DNA of 41,342 nt from an uncultured Gammaproteobacteria bacterium (GTDB taxonomy: Bacteria > Patescibacteriota > Patescibacteriia > UBA9934 > UBA11717). The notes below the pieces were generated by a model. The model saw only the letters and a program-made list of their open reading frames with translations, made no database searches and had not been told where the DNA came from. Positions 1 through 10,084 of this stretch are shown here, piece by piece (position 1 is the first letter of the stretch; each line of letters begins with the position of its first letter). Where the stretch lies: assembly GCA_964365275.1 (NCBI GenBank), contig CAYIOW010000003.1, positions 1 through 41,342 on the forward strand. Reading direction: 5' to 3'. The position numbers and the translations under genes were made by a program.

Positions 1-1758
1 ATCCTTGATGGTTACTTCTTGCGCGGCCGTTACAGAGAAAGCGAGAAGTGAAACATCTTGGGAGTTACGAGCCACATCCGCAGTTGCAGGACCGTTGAAG
101 GCAAAGGTTACCTTGCCGCCCTGTACATCCGAGAATGAACATTCATCAGTGGTGGCTGTACAACCATTATCGCCATCGTAGTCAGTAAGCGTAACATTCA
201 TATTGAAGCCGAAGTCGCCACCCACCCCAATCAAGTCCGTTGACTTATCCAGGTAGACACGAACATCGTCTCCGTTCTGACCGCCAACATTCGCCTTCAC
301 ATAGAAAATCTTGGTGTTTCCATCAAGAACCGTGTACGGCGTTGTAAGCACAAAGTCAACATAATCGCCTGTGGCTTTTACACCATCAGCCAACTTTGTT
401 GAACCCTGATACAAAGCAAATCCACTGTGGTCAGCCGCGTTGTCAATCTTCAGACGCATACGCCTTACAGACGCATCTTCCGAAGACGCAACGAGGTTAA
501 ACTGACCAATAGTAGCGCCCTGCTGGCCAAGAGTCGGGTTTGTAATGGTTCCGCTCTCGTTGATATCAAGCGTACCCACATTTTGCGACGCCATTGAGAA
601 GGTATTCCCATTTACAGGGAAAGAACCTGATACCGTACCGGACGCTATTACTCCGGCGGCCGAAGCCAAGCCAAAGCTAAAAGTGTCCGAAGCCGTCTGT
701 GAAGATGAGGTTTCAACCACCACGCTGATATTGCGTGTCTGTCCTGCCGCAAAGGCAAGAGCAAGGTTGGAGAAGGTAGCCTGGCGTGTAGAGCTATTCA
801 CTGAACGACCTTCCGTGAGGCGCGTATTGCCTTCATAGAGGTAAGCGTTGGAAATATTACCTGTAGCTCCAATTCCGCCCATATTCACCACCAATCCGGT
901 AAGCGTCGCGGCAGCCGTTCCGGCTGTCATACGATACTTCACCGTCTCCACTCCATTCGCGCCGCCCGGAAGGGTTGCGCCGGACGGAGAGTCGGAAGCC
1001 AAGCTGATAGAAAGACCGCCGGTTGTAGGCGCTACATCCGTTGTCGCTTTCTGGGCGACATCAGACACAGACGCGCTGTAACCGGTAAGGTCGGCGCCCG
1101 CGGCAATCGCGGACACGGCAACCGTTGTTGCCATTACATGCTTGCTCTGCAAACGGTTCGTGCTCATACCGGCCGAAGAGACCGAACGGCGCTGACCGCC
1201 TGAAATCAAGTAAGTCGTTCCGCCAGAAGACACAACCGCGCCATCAAACAAAGAAGTCGCGCTCATCAGAGACGCGCCAACCGTGTAGTCGGCAAAGAAA
1301 GTGTCCGGAACATCGTGGATGAAAGTGTTCCAAGCCGCGCCGCCGTACATTGCGGAGGCAACAGCTTCGGATTCAATCCAATGCAATACTCCTTTCGGAG
1401 ATACCGCATACACTTTCGGGTCGGACTGAATTTTTACCCAGTAAGTACCCGGGCGGTACGCCACATTTCCGCCAAGGGAAATAGAGGCAAGTTGTGAATC
1501 GGAAACCGTAACGACATTGGAAAAATCAGAGTACCAAGTCATGTACGTTTTCTCGTTGGGGAAGGTGTAGCGCATGCCGTCTGTTCCGTAGTAGTACACC
1601 GTACTAAACGATGTGCCGCGGACCAGGTTACCAGCCGAAAGGGACACTTGAGCGCTGGTCGCGAGAGGCGCGAGGCCAGCGGCAACCGTCCAGAGGATGG
1701 TAAGGGCAACCACGGTGAGCGTGAGCGCACGCTTCCCGACTTTGTTCAAATCCGTCAT
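1..1758 (-). CDS. Large secreted S-layer-like/surface protein, partial (runs off the window start; absent from the ORF track)
   Basis: I read an open frame from ATG 1758 to position 1: MTDLNKVGKRALTLTVVALTILWTVAAGLAPLATSAQ (signal peptide), then STVYYYGTDGMRYTFPNEKTYMTWYSDFS...RPGTYWVKIQSDPKVYAV, a motif typical of ABY1 CPR surface proteins, followed by S/T/G/A-rich beta-sandwich-like sequence. Confidence 0.85.
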   Translation of the reverse strand, partial: MTDLNKVGKRALTLTVVALTILWTVAAGLAPLATSAQVSLSAGNLVRGTSFSTVYYYGTDGMRYTFPNEKTYMTWYSDFSNVVTVSDSQLASISLGGNVAYRPGTYWVKIQSDPKVYAVSPKGVLHWIESEAVASAMYGGAAWNTFIHDVPDTFFADYTVGASLMSATSLFDGAVVSSGGTTYLISGGQRRSVSSAGMSTNRLQSKHVMATTVAVSAIAAGADLTGYSASVSDVAQKATTDVAPTTGGLSISLASDSPSGATLPGGANGVETVKYRMTAGTAAATLTGLVVNMGGIGATGNISNAYLYEGNTRLTEGRSVNSSTRQATFSNLALAFAAGQTRNISVVVETSSSQTASDTFSFGLASAAGVIASGTVSGSFPVNGNTFSMASQNVGTLDINESGTITNPTLGQQGATIGQFNLVASSEDASVRRMRLKIDNAADHSGFALYQGSTKLADGVKATGDYVDFVLTTPYTVLDGNTKIFYVKANVGGQNGDDVRVYLDKSTDLIGVGGDFGFNMNVTLTDYDGDNGCTATTDECSFSDVQGGKVTFAFNGPATADVARNSQDVSLLAFSVTAAQEVTIKD

Positions 1759-1769
1759 ACGAGGATTTA

Positions 1770-1950
1770 TATTGTTGCTTGTTCCTCCCTGCACAAGGCG
1801 AGGGAGGACCTGAATAAATATGCGACGCAGGGCGTTTCCACCCTTCAACCTTTGGCGCGCATTGACGATTAGAAGTGAGCACGGAGGCGACTTATGTCGT
1901 CCGTCCGGCGCTCTCAATTTATTGAGAGAACTGGACGAACGGCTCATTCT
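1770..1950 (-). promoter_or_regulatory. Highly structured 5' leader of the S-layer-like gene
   Basis: Nested stems on the minus strand: TGAGC/GCTCA enclosing CTCTCAA-TAAA-TTGAGAG and CGAC-ATAA-GTCG; ATGCG/CGCAT enclosing a GAAA-capped stem; TCCTCCCT/AGGGAGGA. Confidence 0.55.
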
Positions 1951-1954
1951 GCAA

Positions 1955-1989
1955 TACCCCTCCTAACCTCCCCTATTTAGGGGAGGAAA
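1955..1989. repeat. REP-like family A copy (TACCCCWCCTAACCTCCCCT-Nx-AGGGGAGG)
   Basis: Same motif recurs near 6479, 8266, 8305, 21023, 21293, 23130, 30367, 34380 and 35007. Confidence 0.9.
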
Positions 1990-1999
1990 ACTAAGTTGC

Positions 2000-3076
2000 T
2001 TAATTTTCGCTTCTCTCTTTCTCTTCAGCATTCGTTGATTCCTTGATTCCTTGATTCGTCTCTTCCGTGAACGCAATTTCCGCCACGATTACTTTCTCGT
2101 TTACCGACTTCAACACAGCGTCCACCGCGCGGATAGAGTCAAACGCCGACCTATAGCCACCTTGCGCCGCCAAATCCATTGCGTCATTCAGCGCTTCGTT
2201 TTGCGACTTCACTTCAAACCTCTCGCGCGGAGCATTGAAGAGAATATCCGGACGATTGGAAAACGCCAGCGCGCGTTCCAAACGGTCAATTCTAACTAGA
2301 AGCACAGATGAACGAGCCATAATGGAACGCAAATCGTTTGCGAACTGACGCGACAACTCCTGCGCCGACAATTCCGAGCCGGAATCCTTCGCTTTTATAA
2401 CCAGCGCATCCACCGCTTCATTCTTCGCCGCCGAAGTGGCATTCACCGCTTCCTGAATCGTTTCCGAGCTTTCCGTGTCCTTTGCGACTTCGGACTGTTC
2501 CAGCACAATGTCCAATTCCTGCTTCTTTTGTTCAACAACGCGGGTGGTTTCCATCACTTGCGCTTCATCGGTCTCCTCTAAAATGCCATCCTTGATGCCC
2601 GCTATCTGTTTGTTGAATCCGGCAACCGCGGTCTTTACCTTTTCGTCCTTGTCCTGAATATCGTTTCTGCGAACCAAGGCGGCAACCTCGTTCAAACGGC
2701 GGCTGGCAAATTCGGCGCGAAGTTTCCGGCGGGCGCCGTCGGTCGCCAAAGACAGCTGCGCTTTCTCCGAAACCAACTTAACCGAATACAACATATCTCC
2801 CGGAACGGTTTGAAGAGACGCGTTCACGCTCGTTATCCATCCGCCCAAAACAAGTACGACCACCAAAGACGCCACCGCAAGCGGGCGAGCAAACATATCA
2901 GTGATAGCTTTCGGAGCCGCAAACACGGCCGTGAAACCGGAGACCTTTCGCGGCGTTTCCGCTTCCAAACGCGAAAAGAGCCGGCGGCGCATTTCCTCGG
3001 CTTCTTTGTCAGTTAACGCGCCAAGCTCAACATCCGAGCGCAGAGCCGACAAAAGGTTGTCGTTATTTGCTTCCAT
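2000..3076 (-). CDS. DUF5667-type membrane protein, probable anti-sigma factor
   Basis: Single TM followed by SLQTVPGDMLYSVKLVSEKAQL and EFASRRLNE motifs; overlaps the stop of the ECF sigma gene. Confidence 0.8.
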   Translation of the reverse strand: MEANNDNLLSALRSDVELGALTDKEAEEMRRRLFSRLEAETPRKVSGFTAVFAAPKAITDMFARPLAVASLVVVLVLGGWITSVNASLQTVPGDMLYSVKLVSEKAQLSLATDGARRKLRAEFASRRLNEVAALVRRNDIQDKDEKVKTAVAGFNKQIAGIKDGILEETDEAQVMETTRVVEQKKQELDIVLEQSEVAKDTESSETIQEAVNATSAAKNEAVDALVIKAKDSGSELSAQELSRQFANDLRSIMARSSVLLVRIDRLERALAFSNRPDILFNAPRERFEVKSQNEALNDAMDLAAQGGYRSAFDSIRAVDAVLKSVNEKVIVAEIAFTEETNQGIKESTNAEEKERSEN

Positions 3077-3632
3077 TTTTAGTTATACGATTTCTTATAG
3101 CGGTTTGAAGTGCCGCTTTCGCTCGGTGTATCGCCACGCTCACGGCGCCGGTACTCTTCCCAAGCACTTTCGCGATTTCAGGAATGTCCATTTCGTCAAA
3201 GTATCTAAGAGCCAGGATTTCGCGATACTCGGTGTGAAGAGTCAGAAGCGCTTCTTTCACTGTTTCCATATCTGTCTTTTCATCCAACGCGTCAGGCGCT
3301 GTAATCGTTTTTGTGTCAGCAAGCGTCTCTGCGTGTTCTTCTATATTGTCTTGCTTTTCCGCCGAACGACTCCGATAGTGATTCGCTACCTTCGCCCGAG
3401 CCACCGTGAAGAGGTAGCCGGATACATTCCCCACTACCTTCACTTGAAGATACTGCCACGCGGATAGAAACACTTCGTTTGTGAGGTCTTGCGCGTCCTG
3501 CCTTTCAGGGAGTTTGCCGAGAAGGAAGCGGAAAATCGGCTCCTGAAATTCGTCGTAGAGTTCTTCAAACGCACGCATGTCAGAATAGACGCGAATGCGC
3601 ATCAGAAGAAGTTTTTCGCGGAGTATGTTCAT
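3063..3632 (-). CDS. ECF RNA polymerase sigma factor (sigma-70 group 4)
   Basis: Region 2 DAQDLTNEVFLSAW and YLFTVAR; region 4 REILALRYFDEMDIPEIAKVLGKSTGAVSVAIHRA. Confidence 0.95.
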   Translation of the reverse strand: MNILREKLLLMRIRVYSDMRAFEELYDEFQEPIFRFLLGKLPERQDAQDLTNEVFLSAWQYLQVKVVGNVSGYLFTVARAKVANHYRSRSAEKQDNIEEHAETLADTKTITAPDALDEKTDMETVKEALLTLHTEYREILALRYFDEMDIPEIAKVLGKSTGAVSVAIHRAKAALQTAIRNRITKNGSK

Positions 3633-3710
3633 CTATGAAGTCGCAAAAATATGGATAATCTTACAGTTGTACAGTTGTGTTTGTGTGATAAAGCCCAATA
3701 ATATCGGCAA

Positions 3711-3739
3711 AATGTAGCAAAATACACCAAATTTGTCAA
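3711..3739 (-). promoter_or_regulatory. sigma70-type promoter of the ECF sigma operon
   Basis: TTGACA-N17-TACATT on the minus strand, with TG before the -10 hexamer. Confidence 0.65.
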
Positions 3740-3769
3740 CCGTTTTATACATAGGCCATACATAGAAGA

Positions 3770-3900
3770 GGGTCTGACCCCACAACCGGGGTCTGACCCC
3801 TCTATTTCGCTAAATACCAATAAAACACTGCCGTGCACTTTTGTAAACTCTCATTTTTCAGAAGAAAATGGGTCTGACCCTACGGTAGGGGTCAGACCCC
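3770..3900. repeat. Cluster of four family B palindromes GGGTCWGACCC
   Basis: Copies at about 3770, 3788, 3870 and 3888, bracketed by a 17-bp direct repeat (3732-3748 and 3909-3925). Confidence 0.85.
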
Positions 3901-4021
3901 TACTACATTTTGTCAACCGTTTTATTGCTTTTTCGGCTGTCTTTGGCTACACTGGCGTGGACAAGAAAAAGGGTATTATCTTGACATCATACCTTTATAC
4001 CCAATACTTCATACTTCCCCT

Positions 4022-4297
4022 ATGGAACCCATCCGCGTATCCGTGTCCGAAGCGTCCCGCCTTTTCGGCGTGTCTGCGCGCACAATTCGTCGCGCCATTG
4101 AAGACGGTGCAATTACTTATATCGTCGTCCAGGGACGATACAAAATTTCGTTTGAAAGTTTGGTAAAATGGTCTCAAGGTCGCGCAACCGTTCGCAACAA
4201 AACCAATCGTCTCGGCATAGGCCAGTTTGTAGACCAGTGGAAAATAAAGAATAAACTGTTCTCGCCGAACACGCCGGAGGGAGAGGAGAAGAATTAA
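4022..4297 (+). CDS. Small helix-turn-helix protein (excisionase/MerR-like HTH)
   Basis: VSVSEASRLFGVSARTIRRAIEDGAI...GRYKI motif. Confidence 0.85.
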   Translation: MEPIRVSVSEASRLFGVSARTIRRAIEDGAITYIVVQGRYKISFESLVKWSQGRATVRNKTNRLGIGQFVDQWKIKNKLFSPNTPEGEEKN

Positions 4298-4377
4298 GGA
4301 ATTAATGAATTGAGGAATTTGTGCATCCATTATTTTACAAATTCCCCAATTCCTCAATTCCTAAATTCAATTACCCG

Positions 4378-6384
4378 ATGTCCCGTTTCGCCTTAATCTT
4401 CCTCCTTTTAATTCTTCTTCCGTCTCCCGCCGACGCCGCTTTTCGCGCGGATAATTTTGTAAGAACAGGAAATCAGTTCTTGACCGCCGGAGAAGATTTG
4501 ACGCCTGAAGTTTTAGACAAATTGGCGTCTTTTGACCTCGTGGTGCTTCCGGCCGAAGCGCAAATTTTCAACCCCGATGTTTCGCAAATATTAAAACAAA
4601 AAAATCCTGATATTATTTTGCTCGCTTACCTTCCAACAGTAAGTTACAACGAACAGTATTGGACTGACGCCTTGCACCTTCGTCTGAAAGAAAAAATTTC
4701 CCGTGAGATGGAGTTATACAATCCGCACGGCGAGCAAATCACAATCTGGCCCGGAACTGTCGCGCACAATCTGGCAAACCCTGCGTGGAGAAAAGTATGG
4801 ACGGATTTTGCGGTAAACGATGTGTATGGCAGTGGATATTGGGACGGGATATTTTTAGACGAAGTGGCTTCGTCAATATCATGGGTCGGCGCAACCGACC
4901 TTGACCAAAACGGCGCGCAGGACAACTCGCATACCGCCGACCTTGCATGGAAAGCCGGTTATGCGGACTTATTCGCAACACTTCGCAGTCGTGTCGGAAA
5001 TAACGCCATTCTTATAACCAACGGCACATCGGAGTCATTGCTTCAGGAGAATGTAAACGGCAGAATGTTTGAAAGTTTTCCAACGCCATGGGAGGGAAAC
5101 GGACGATGGGAGGATACGATGCGGCTTTTGTTTCAAAACGAAAATCAAAATCAGAACCCCGATGTTTTTTTCTTAAACGGCAACACAAACAACTCCGGAC
5201 AAATTGACTTGCAAAAAATGCGATTTGGTTTAACGAGCGCTCTTTTGGGCGGAGCGTTCTTTGGCTACGATTTCGGCACGAACCGACACGCCGACACATG
5301 GACATTTGACGAATATGATGTGTTTTTGGGACGAATGGTTTCAGGAGCGAAAGATATGCTGGCGCCACTAAATGATATTATTCGTCCGAGCGTTTGGTCT
5401 CGCGACTTTCAAAACGGGAAAGTTCTCGTGAATGCCACAACGACAGAGAAGACGATACAACTGGAACAAGATTTTGAAAAAGTTCACGGCGATGACGACC
5501 CTGTTATCAACAACGGCCACATCGTTTCTGAAGTTACGATTCCGGCAAATGATGGGTTAGTGCTTCTTCGGCCGATTGAAAAATTGACCGGTGTGAGTTT
5601 TCCAAACGGTTCCTTCGTTAGAATTTTTGACCGTTCAGGCGTAAAAACAAGAAGCGGATTCTTCGCATACACCGGTGCAACGCTTGGAGGCGATACGATT
5701 GTCTATTCTGATATTAATGGGGACGAGGCGACGGAAATCATTAGCGCAAACAAAGGTATCATTACAGTACACGACCAAACCGGCATAGTTCTATACTCGT
5801 TTTCTGCGTTTGATAAATATCGTGGTTCAGTGTCGCTTGCCGTTGGAGATGTGCTGGGAGACGGGCGTCCTGAAATTGTAGTCGCGGCAGGCGCCGGAGG
5901 GGGTCCGCATATTCGCGTTTACGACGCCGAGGGACATCTTCGCGCGCAATTCTTCGCGTATACCGAAGCGTTCAGAGGCGGAGTACGATTGGCGCTTGGC
6001 GACACAGCCGGCGACAAACATTTGGAGATTGTTACTGGAGCGGGTCCAGGAGGCGGGCCGCATATCCGCATTTTCAATGGCGACGGGCGACCTGTCGCCG
6101 GCGGTTTCTTTCCATATCCTAAATCGTTTAGAGGAGGTGTGAATATAGGTGTTGGAGATTTGAACGGCGACGGCAAAGCTGAAATTATCGCAACGCCCGG
6201 AAAAGGCGCGAAACAAACGGTAACATCGTATAACGCAAACGGAACACCTACGGGAGTTTCATTCGCAGTTTCCGGAGCAACCGGAAAAACCGACACATTA
6301 GTTGCCGCATCCGATGTGGACGGCGACGGCAAAGCAGAGATTCTGACATATACTACGGATGTGTTTACAATTTCTGGAAACTGA
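4378..6384 (+). CDS. Secreted putative glycoside hydrolase with C-terminal FG-GAP/VCBS repeats
   Basis: Signal peptide MSRFALIFLLLILLPSPADA; WDGIFLDE and NGRMFESF TIM-barrel-like motifs; repeated AVGDVLGDGRPEIVVAAGAGGGPHIRVY. Start moved from 4321 because the extension is low-complexity repeat. Confidence 0.85.
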   Translation: MSRFALIFLLLILLPSPADAAFRADNFVRTGNQFLTAGEDLTPEVLDKLASFDLVVLPAEAQIFNPDVSQILKQKNPDIILLAYLPTVSYNEQYWTDALHLRLKEKISREMELYNPHGEQITIWPGTVAHNLANPAWRKVWTDFAVNDVYGSGYWDGIFLDEVASSISWVGATDLDQNGAQDNSHTADLAWKAGYADLFATLRSRVGNNAILITNGTSESLLQENVNGRMFESFPTPWEGNGRWEDTMRLLFQNENQNQNPDVFFLNGNTNNSGQIDLQKMRFGLTSALLGGAFFGYDFGTNRHADTWTFDEYDVFLGRMVSGAKDMLAPLNDIIRPSVWSRDFQNGKVLVNATTTEKTIQLEQDFEKVHGDDDPVINNGHIVSEVTIPANDGLVLLRPIEKLTGVSFPNGSFVRIFDRSGVKTRSGFFAYTGATLGGDTIVYSDINGDEATEIISANKGIITVHDQTGIVLYSFSAFDKYRGSVSLAVGDVLGDGRPEIVVAAGAGGGPHIRVYDAEGHLRAQFFAYTEAFRGGVRLALGDTAGDKHLEIVTGAGPGGGPHIRIFNGDGRPVAGGFFPYPKSFRGGVNIGVGDLNGDGKAEIIATPGKGAKQTVTSYNANGTPTGVSFAVSGATGKTDTLVAASDVDGDGKAEILTYTTDVFTISGN

Positions 6385-6478
6385 TTCTTTACCTCCTCCC
6401 CTTTATATATATCATCAACCTACCCACTCCTCGGAGAGGAGGGGAGGCAAAGACCTCACGCTTTAGTCAAAATAGTAA

Positions 6479-6514
6479 TACCCCACCTAACCTCCCCTAT
6501 TTAGGGGAGGGAAA
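6479..6514. repeat. REP-like family A copy
   Basis: TACCCCACCTAACCTCCCCTATTTAGGGGAGGGAAA; a variant CCTCCTCCCCT...AGGAGGGGAGG lies at 6392-6447. Confidence 0.9.
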
Positions 6515-6528
6515 CTAATAAGACATGT

Positions 6529-8253
6529 ATGACAAATGAGACCTATACAAAAAAACCGCATGCCTTTGCGCGAACCGGACTGTATGTTGCCAGATGGCCC
6601 GGACGGTTCGCTTCAAAAATAGTTGAGCATCGTTTGGCGCATCGTGGTTTCGGCCATCGGCTGTTTGACTTTGCGTCTATCGCAATCATAATAAGCGCAA
6701 TCGTTTTCACTGTTTCCAGCGTTGCCAACCGCGACCCCGGACGCCAAATGGAATTCACCGCCGTTGTCGCGCCGAAAGAAATTGTGTCCGGCGGAGATTC
6801 AACGCTTTCCATTTTCTACCGCAACGAAAGCAAAAAAACATTGAAGGATGCGTTACTTTCTCTTTCCTACCCGCCATACTTCGTGCTTCAGGGAGTAGAC
6901 AATCCTTCATTTGAAGTCGCCACCAACACCACTCGGCTCGGCGACCTTGTCCCGGGCGCAAACGGTATGCTAAAAATCCGCGGAGTAATGTTCGGCGCGT
7001 TCGGCGGAGAACAAACATTCTCATCCGTGCTCTCGTATTCATACGACAACAATAAAACCGGAAGCCAGACGCGCGCATATTCATTTTCTCCGTCCGCATC
7101 TACGCTTTCAACCTTTATTGACTTGCCGCCTCGCCTCGTTTCCGGACAGAAATTGAAAGGCGCGGTTGAATTTAAAAATGAAGGCAAAGTAGATTTTCCG
7201 GAAGTCGCGCTCAAGGCGGAATTTCCAAAAACATTTTCGCTCACAAACACCTCATTGAAACAACGAGGAGACGGGACATGGATAGTCCCATCTTTTAGAG
7301 CGGGGGAACAAAAAAGTTTCACATTTGAAGGACGGCTCGGCGAAGAGTCGGGAGAAAGCGCCGACTTCCGTTTTACGCCTTCGTTTACTTTTGGAAACGA
7401 ACGCTTCGCTCAAAAAACCGAGGTGCACACCGTGTCCATAATTCCATCTCCGGTTGAAGTGTCGCTTGAAGTTGACGAGAGCGTCGTTTCATCGTCCGGC
7501 GCGGACGGAAGAATCCGATGGAGCGTAAACGACGGCCCGAATATATCAGAACTGAAAATACAAATTGAAGGAGCAGAAGACGCGAAGACGCGCAAGACGC
7601 CGATATTTCTTCCTGAAACGGGACAGGTATCCGGCGAGATAACGCTTCGCCTGTTCGCTGAAAAACCAAATTCAGAAAACGCTTCAGCGACATTCACACC
7701 GGTAGCATCGTTTATATTGAACGACACGGGAGAAGAAGTATTCGTTACGGGGAATCCGGTTGAACGAAAAATCGCAACGGATTTATCGCTATTCGCGTTC
7801 GCGCGATACTTCACTCCGTCCGGCGACCAACTCGGCCGCGGTCCGCTTCCTCCGAAAGTAGGCAAAGAAACAACATACTGGGCTTTTTGGAACATCCAAG
7901 ACACGGTGAATCGCCTTTCGTCTGTTACTGTTTCTGCAACACTCGGTTCAAATGTAAGTTTTCCTAGCCGCCAAAGCGTAACGCAGGGTCAAGGCGTGAT
8001 TTACGACTCATTGTCTCGTACAATCTCATGGAAAATAGATGACCTTGCCGCAACCGAGTTTTCAAACCGCGTCGCCGGCGCCAGTTTCGCTCTGGTTCTT
8101 TCGCCAATACCGGACCAAGCCGGAAAAATCGCGACACTCCTCGCCGACATAAAAATCACCGCCACCGATTCTTCCGCAGGACTTCTAATCCAAAAATCTC
8201 TTCCTAACTTAACAACAAAAATAAAAGAAGACGCTGGCGTGATAGCGCGTTAA
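6529..8253 (+). CDS. Membrane-anchored protein with Ig-like (DUF11-like) domains
   Basis: N-terminal TM; GPLPPKVGKETTYWAFW motif common in Parcubacteria hypothetical proteins; beta-rich sequence. Confidence 0.8.
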   Translation: MTNETYTKKPHAFARTGLYVARWPGRFASKIVEHRLAHRGFGHRLFDFASIAIIISAIVFTVSSVANRDPGRQMEFTAVVAPKEIVSGGDSTLSIFYRNESKKTLKDALLSLSYPPYFVLQGVDNPSFEVATNTTRLGDLVPGANGMLKIRGVMFGAFGGEQTFSSVLSYSYDNNKTGSQTRAYSFSPSASTLSTFIDLPPRLVSGQKLKGAVEFKNEGKVDFPEVALKAEFPKTFSLTNTSLKQRGDGTWIVPSFRAGEQKSFTFEGRLGEESGESADFRFTPSFTFGNERFAQKTEVHTVSIIPSPVEVSLEVDESVVSSSGADGRIRWSVNDGPNISELKIQIEGAEDAKTRKTPIFLPETGQVSGEITLRLFAEKPNSENASATFTPVASFILNDTGEEVFVTGNPVERKIATDLSLFAFARYFTPSGDQLGRGPLPPKVGKETTYWAFWNIQDTVNRLSSVTVSATLGSNVSFPSRQSVTQGQGVIYDSLSRTISWKIDDLAATEFSNRVAGASFALVLSPIPDQAGKIATLLADIKITATDSSAGLLIQKSLPNLTTKIKEDAGVIAR

Positions 8254-8263
8254 CTAAAATCGT

Positions 8264-8344
8264 CGTACCCCACCTAACCTCCCCTTTCAGGGGAGGGAAT
8301 TAAAGTCATACCCCTCCTAGCCTCCCCTTTTCAGGGGAGGAAAA
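8264..8344. repeat. Two tandem REP-like family A copies between convergent genes
   Basis: CGTACCCCACCTAACCTCCCCTTTCAGGGGAGGGAA and GTCATACCCCTCCTAGCCTCCCCTTTTCAGGGGAGGAAAA. Confidence 0.9.
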
Positions 8345-8370
8345 TATTTCTATGGAAAATACAGGATAAA

Positions 8371-9603
8371 TCAAATTCCTGCGTATTCATGTGTATTCCT
8401 GTTTATTCTTTCCTCTTCGTACACTTCTTCCAATTTCCGCATATGTTCTTTTTCGGTGTACTGGGTGCCGAAGCGAATCTTTCCGAGCCGGCCAAGACGA
8501 GTGGCGACTTCCCGATTGTCAGCGAGATATCGCATCGCGTTCGCAAGAGCGTCTATGTCGTTTGGCGGAACTTTCAGGCCGGTTTGTTCGTGAACGACAA
8601 CTTCAGAAAGCCCGCCGGTGTCGGACGCTATAACCGCTGTGCCAAGTCCCTGCGGTTCCAAAGCGACAAGTCCGAATGGCTCCCACCAAACGGACGGCAC
8701 AACAACAGCGCGAGCGTCTCGCATCAACTCCAATGTTTCCACACGAGGTCGTGCACCAAGAAATTCAATATTCGTCATCGCTCCCGCTTGTTTTTTTAAT
8801 CGTTCGCGAGCCGGACCGTCTCCAACAATTTTTACCATCACGCCCGTCTTCCTTGCCGCCTCAATCAGAATATGCGCACCCTTCGTTTCATGCAATCGTC
8901 CTACAAACAGGAAATATCCGAGATCTCTTTTTTCGGTTATATCAACTCCCGCCAAATCAATCACATACGGAATAACAACTCCGGCATCTCCACGCCACCC
9001 TTTAGCCCGAAAAAGTTTTTTCGCGAATTCGGAAGTAAAAATGAGACGGTTTATCGTTCTCTCATGAACGCGAAGAAACGAATGAAACGAATGAACTTTC
9101 GCGGCGATTACGCTCGCAAGAAACGAATCTTTCACTCCTCGCCTTTTTATCACGCTCCACCACGAGCCGTTTCTGTCTATTCCCTCTCGGTCAAACAGCG
9201 CGTAATTAGCCGAAAGCAAATTCCAATCGTGAACCGTCATCACGGTCTGGATTTTTCGTTCGCGCAATACAGGAAGAATTGACGGCGACATCTGCGTGTA
9301 TATGTTGTGAAGATGAACAATGTCCGGCCGCCATTCCTTCACAAGCTCTTTCATCTTCCGCACCGCTTCAAACGACCACAACATTCTCATCATCGTTCTC
9401 GGAGCGTGAATCATTGAAAGACGCTCGGTTTCAACCGCCGAAACGGTTGTCATCGGAAACTTTGACGAGATGTTTCGTTTATCGTCAACCGTGAAAACCC
9501 TAACCTCGTGTCCGGCGCGATGAAGCGCATCCGCAAGCCACAACGCATAAATATCCGCCCCGCCACGGGGATACCAGTATTTGTTGACGATTAGGATTTT
9601 CAT
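8371..9603 (-). CDS. Glycosyltransferase family 4
   Basis: MKILIVNKYWYPRGGA N-terminus; FVGRLHETKG; PSVWWEPFGLVALE (EX7E motif). Confidence 0.95.
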   Translation of the reverse strand: MKILIVNKYWYPRGGADIYALWLADALHRAGHEVRVFTVDDKRNISSKFPMTTVSAVETERLSMIHAPRTMMRMLWSFEAVRKMKELVKEWRPDIVHLHNIYTQMSPSILPVLRERKIQTVMTVHDWNLLSANYALFDREGIDRNGSWWSVIKRRGVKDSFLASVIAAKVHSFHSFLRVHERTINRLIFTSEFAKKLFRAKGWRGDAGVVIPYVIDLAGVDITEKRDLGYFLFVGRLHETKGAHILIEAARKTGVMVKIVGDGPARERLKKQAGAMTNIEFLGARPRVETLELMRDARAVVVPSVWWEPFGLVALEPQGLGTAVIASDTGGLSEVVVHEQTGLKVPPNDIDALANAMRYLADNREVATRLGRLGKIRFGTQYTEKEHMRKLEEVYEEERINRNTHEYAGI

Positions 9604-9642
9604 AGGAATGGGAGAAGGGAGAAGTATGGAAGGGAAAGAGGG

Positions 9643-10008
9643 TTAAACTCGAGTGTGGCGAAGTAAACCTTTCAGCATCGCATGTATTTGTCTGACCGCC
9701 TCATTATATATCTCTGCGTCTTTTTCTTTAATATAACCGATGTCACCTGCAATGCAGAGTTGACTTTCCACTTCCATGAGTGAACCAAGCGCAATCCTGT
9801 AAAACTGCGCCTTCTCTTTTTTTGACAAGCGACTAAACCCTTCAGCTATGTTCGAGCCAATAGAAACTGTTGCGCGACGGAGCTGACTCGCTAATCCGAA
9901 CTTTTCACTCGGCGGAAATTCTGCGGTAGAACGATAGATAAGAATGGCAAGTTCGTGGCTTTTTTGCCACACAACTAGATCTTTAAAACTTTCAATCGTC
10001 TTTTTCAT
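9643..10008 (-). CDS. Four-helix-bundle protein (23S rRNA IVS protein / S23 / Avd-like)
   Basis: SFKDLVVWQKSHEL...FPPSEKFGLASQLRRATVSIGSNIAEG...IALGSLMEVESQL. Confidence 0.93.
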   Translation of the reverse strand: MKKTIESFKDLVVWQKSHELAILIYRSTAEFPPSEKFGLASQLRRATVSIGSNIAEGFSRLSKKEKAQFYRIALGSLMEVESQLCIAGDIGYIKEKDAEIYNEAVRQIHAMLKGLLRHTRV

Positions 10009-10084
10009 AGTAGAGTTTTTTTCCCCCCCTCTCCTCCCTTCCATACTTCCCCCATCCTCCCTTTCATACTTCCTCCCTTCCTCC

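Noticed and set aside
545-1882. Short ORFs listed in the first 1.9 kb
   Set aside because: They overlap the long minus-strand S-layer-like frame or its leader.
4022-4297. Prophage excisionase
   Set aside because: No integrase or phage genes are nearby, and stand-alone HTH genes of this type are common in CPR.
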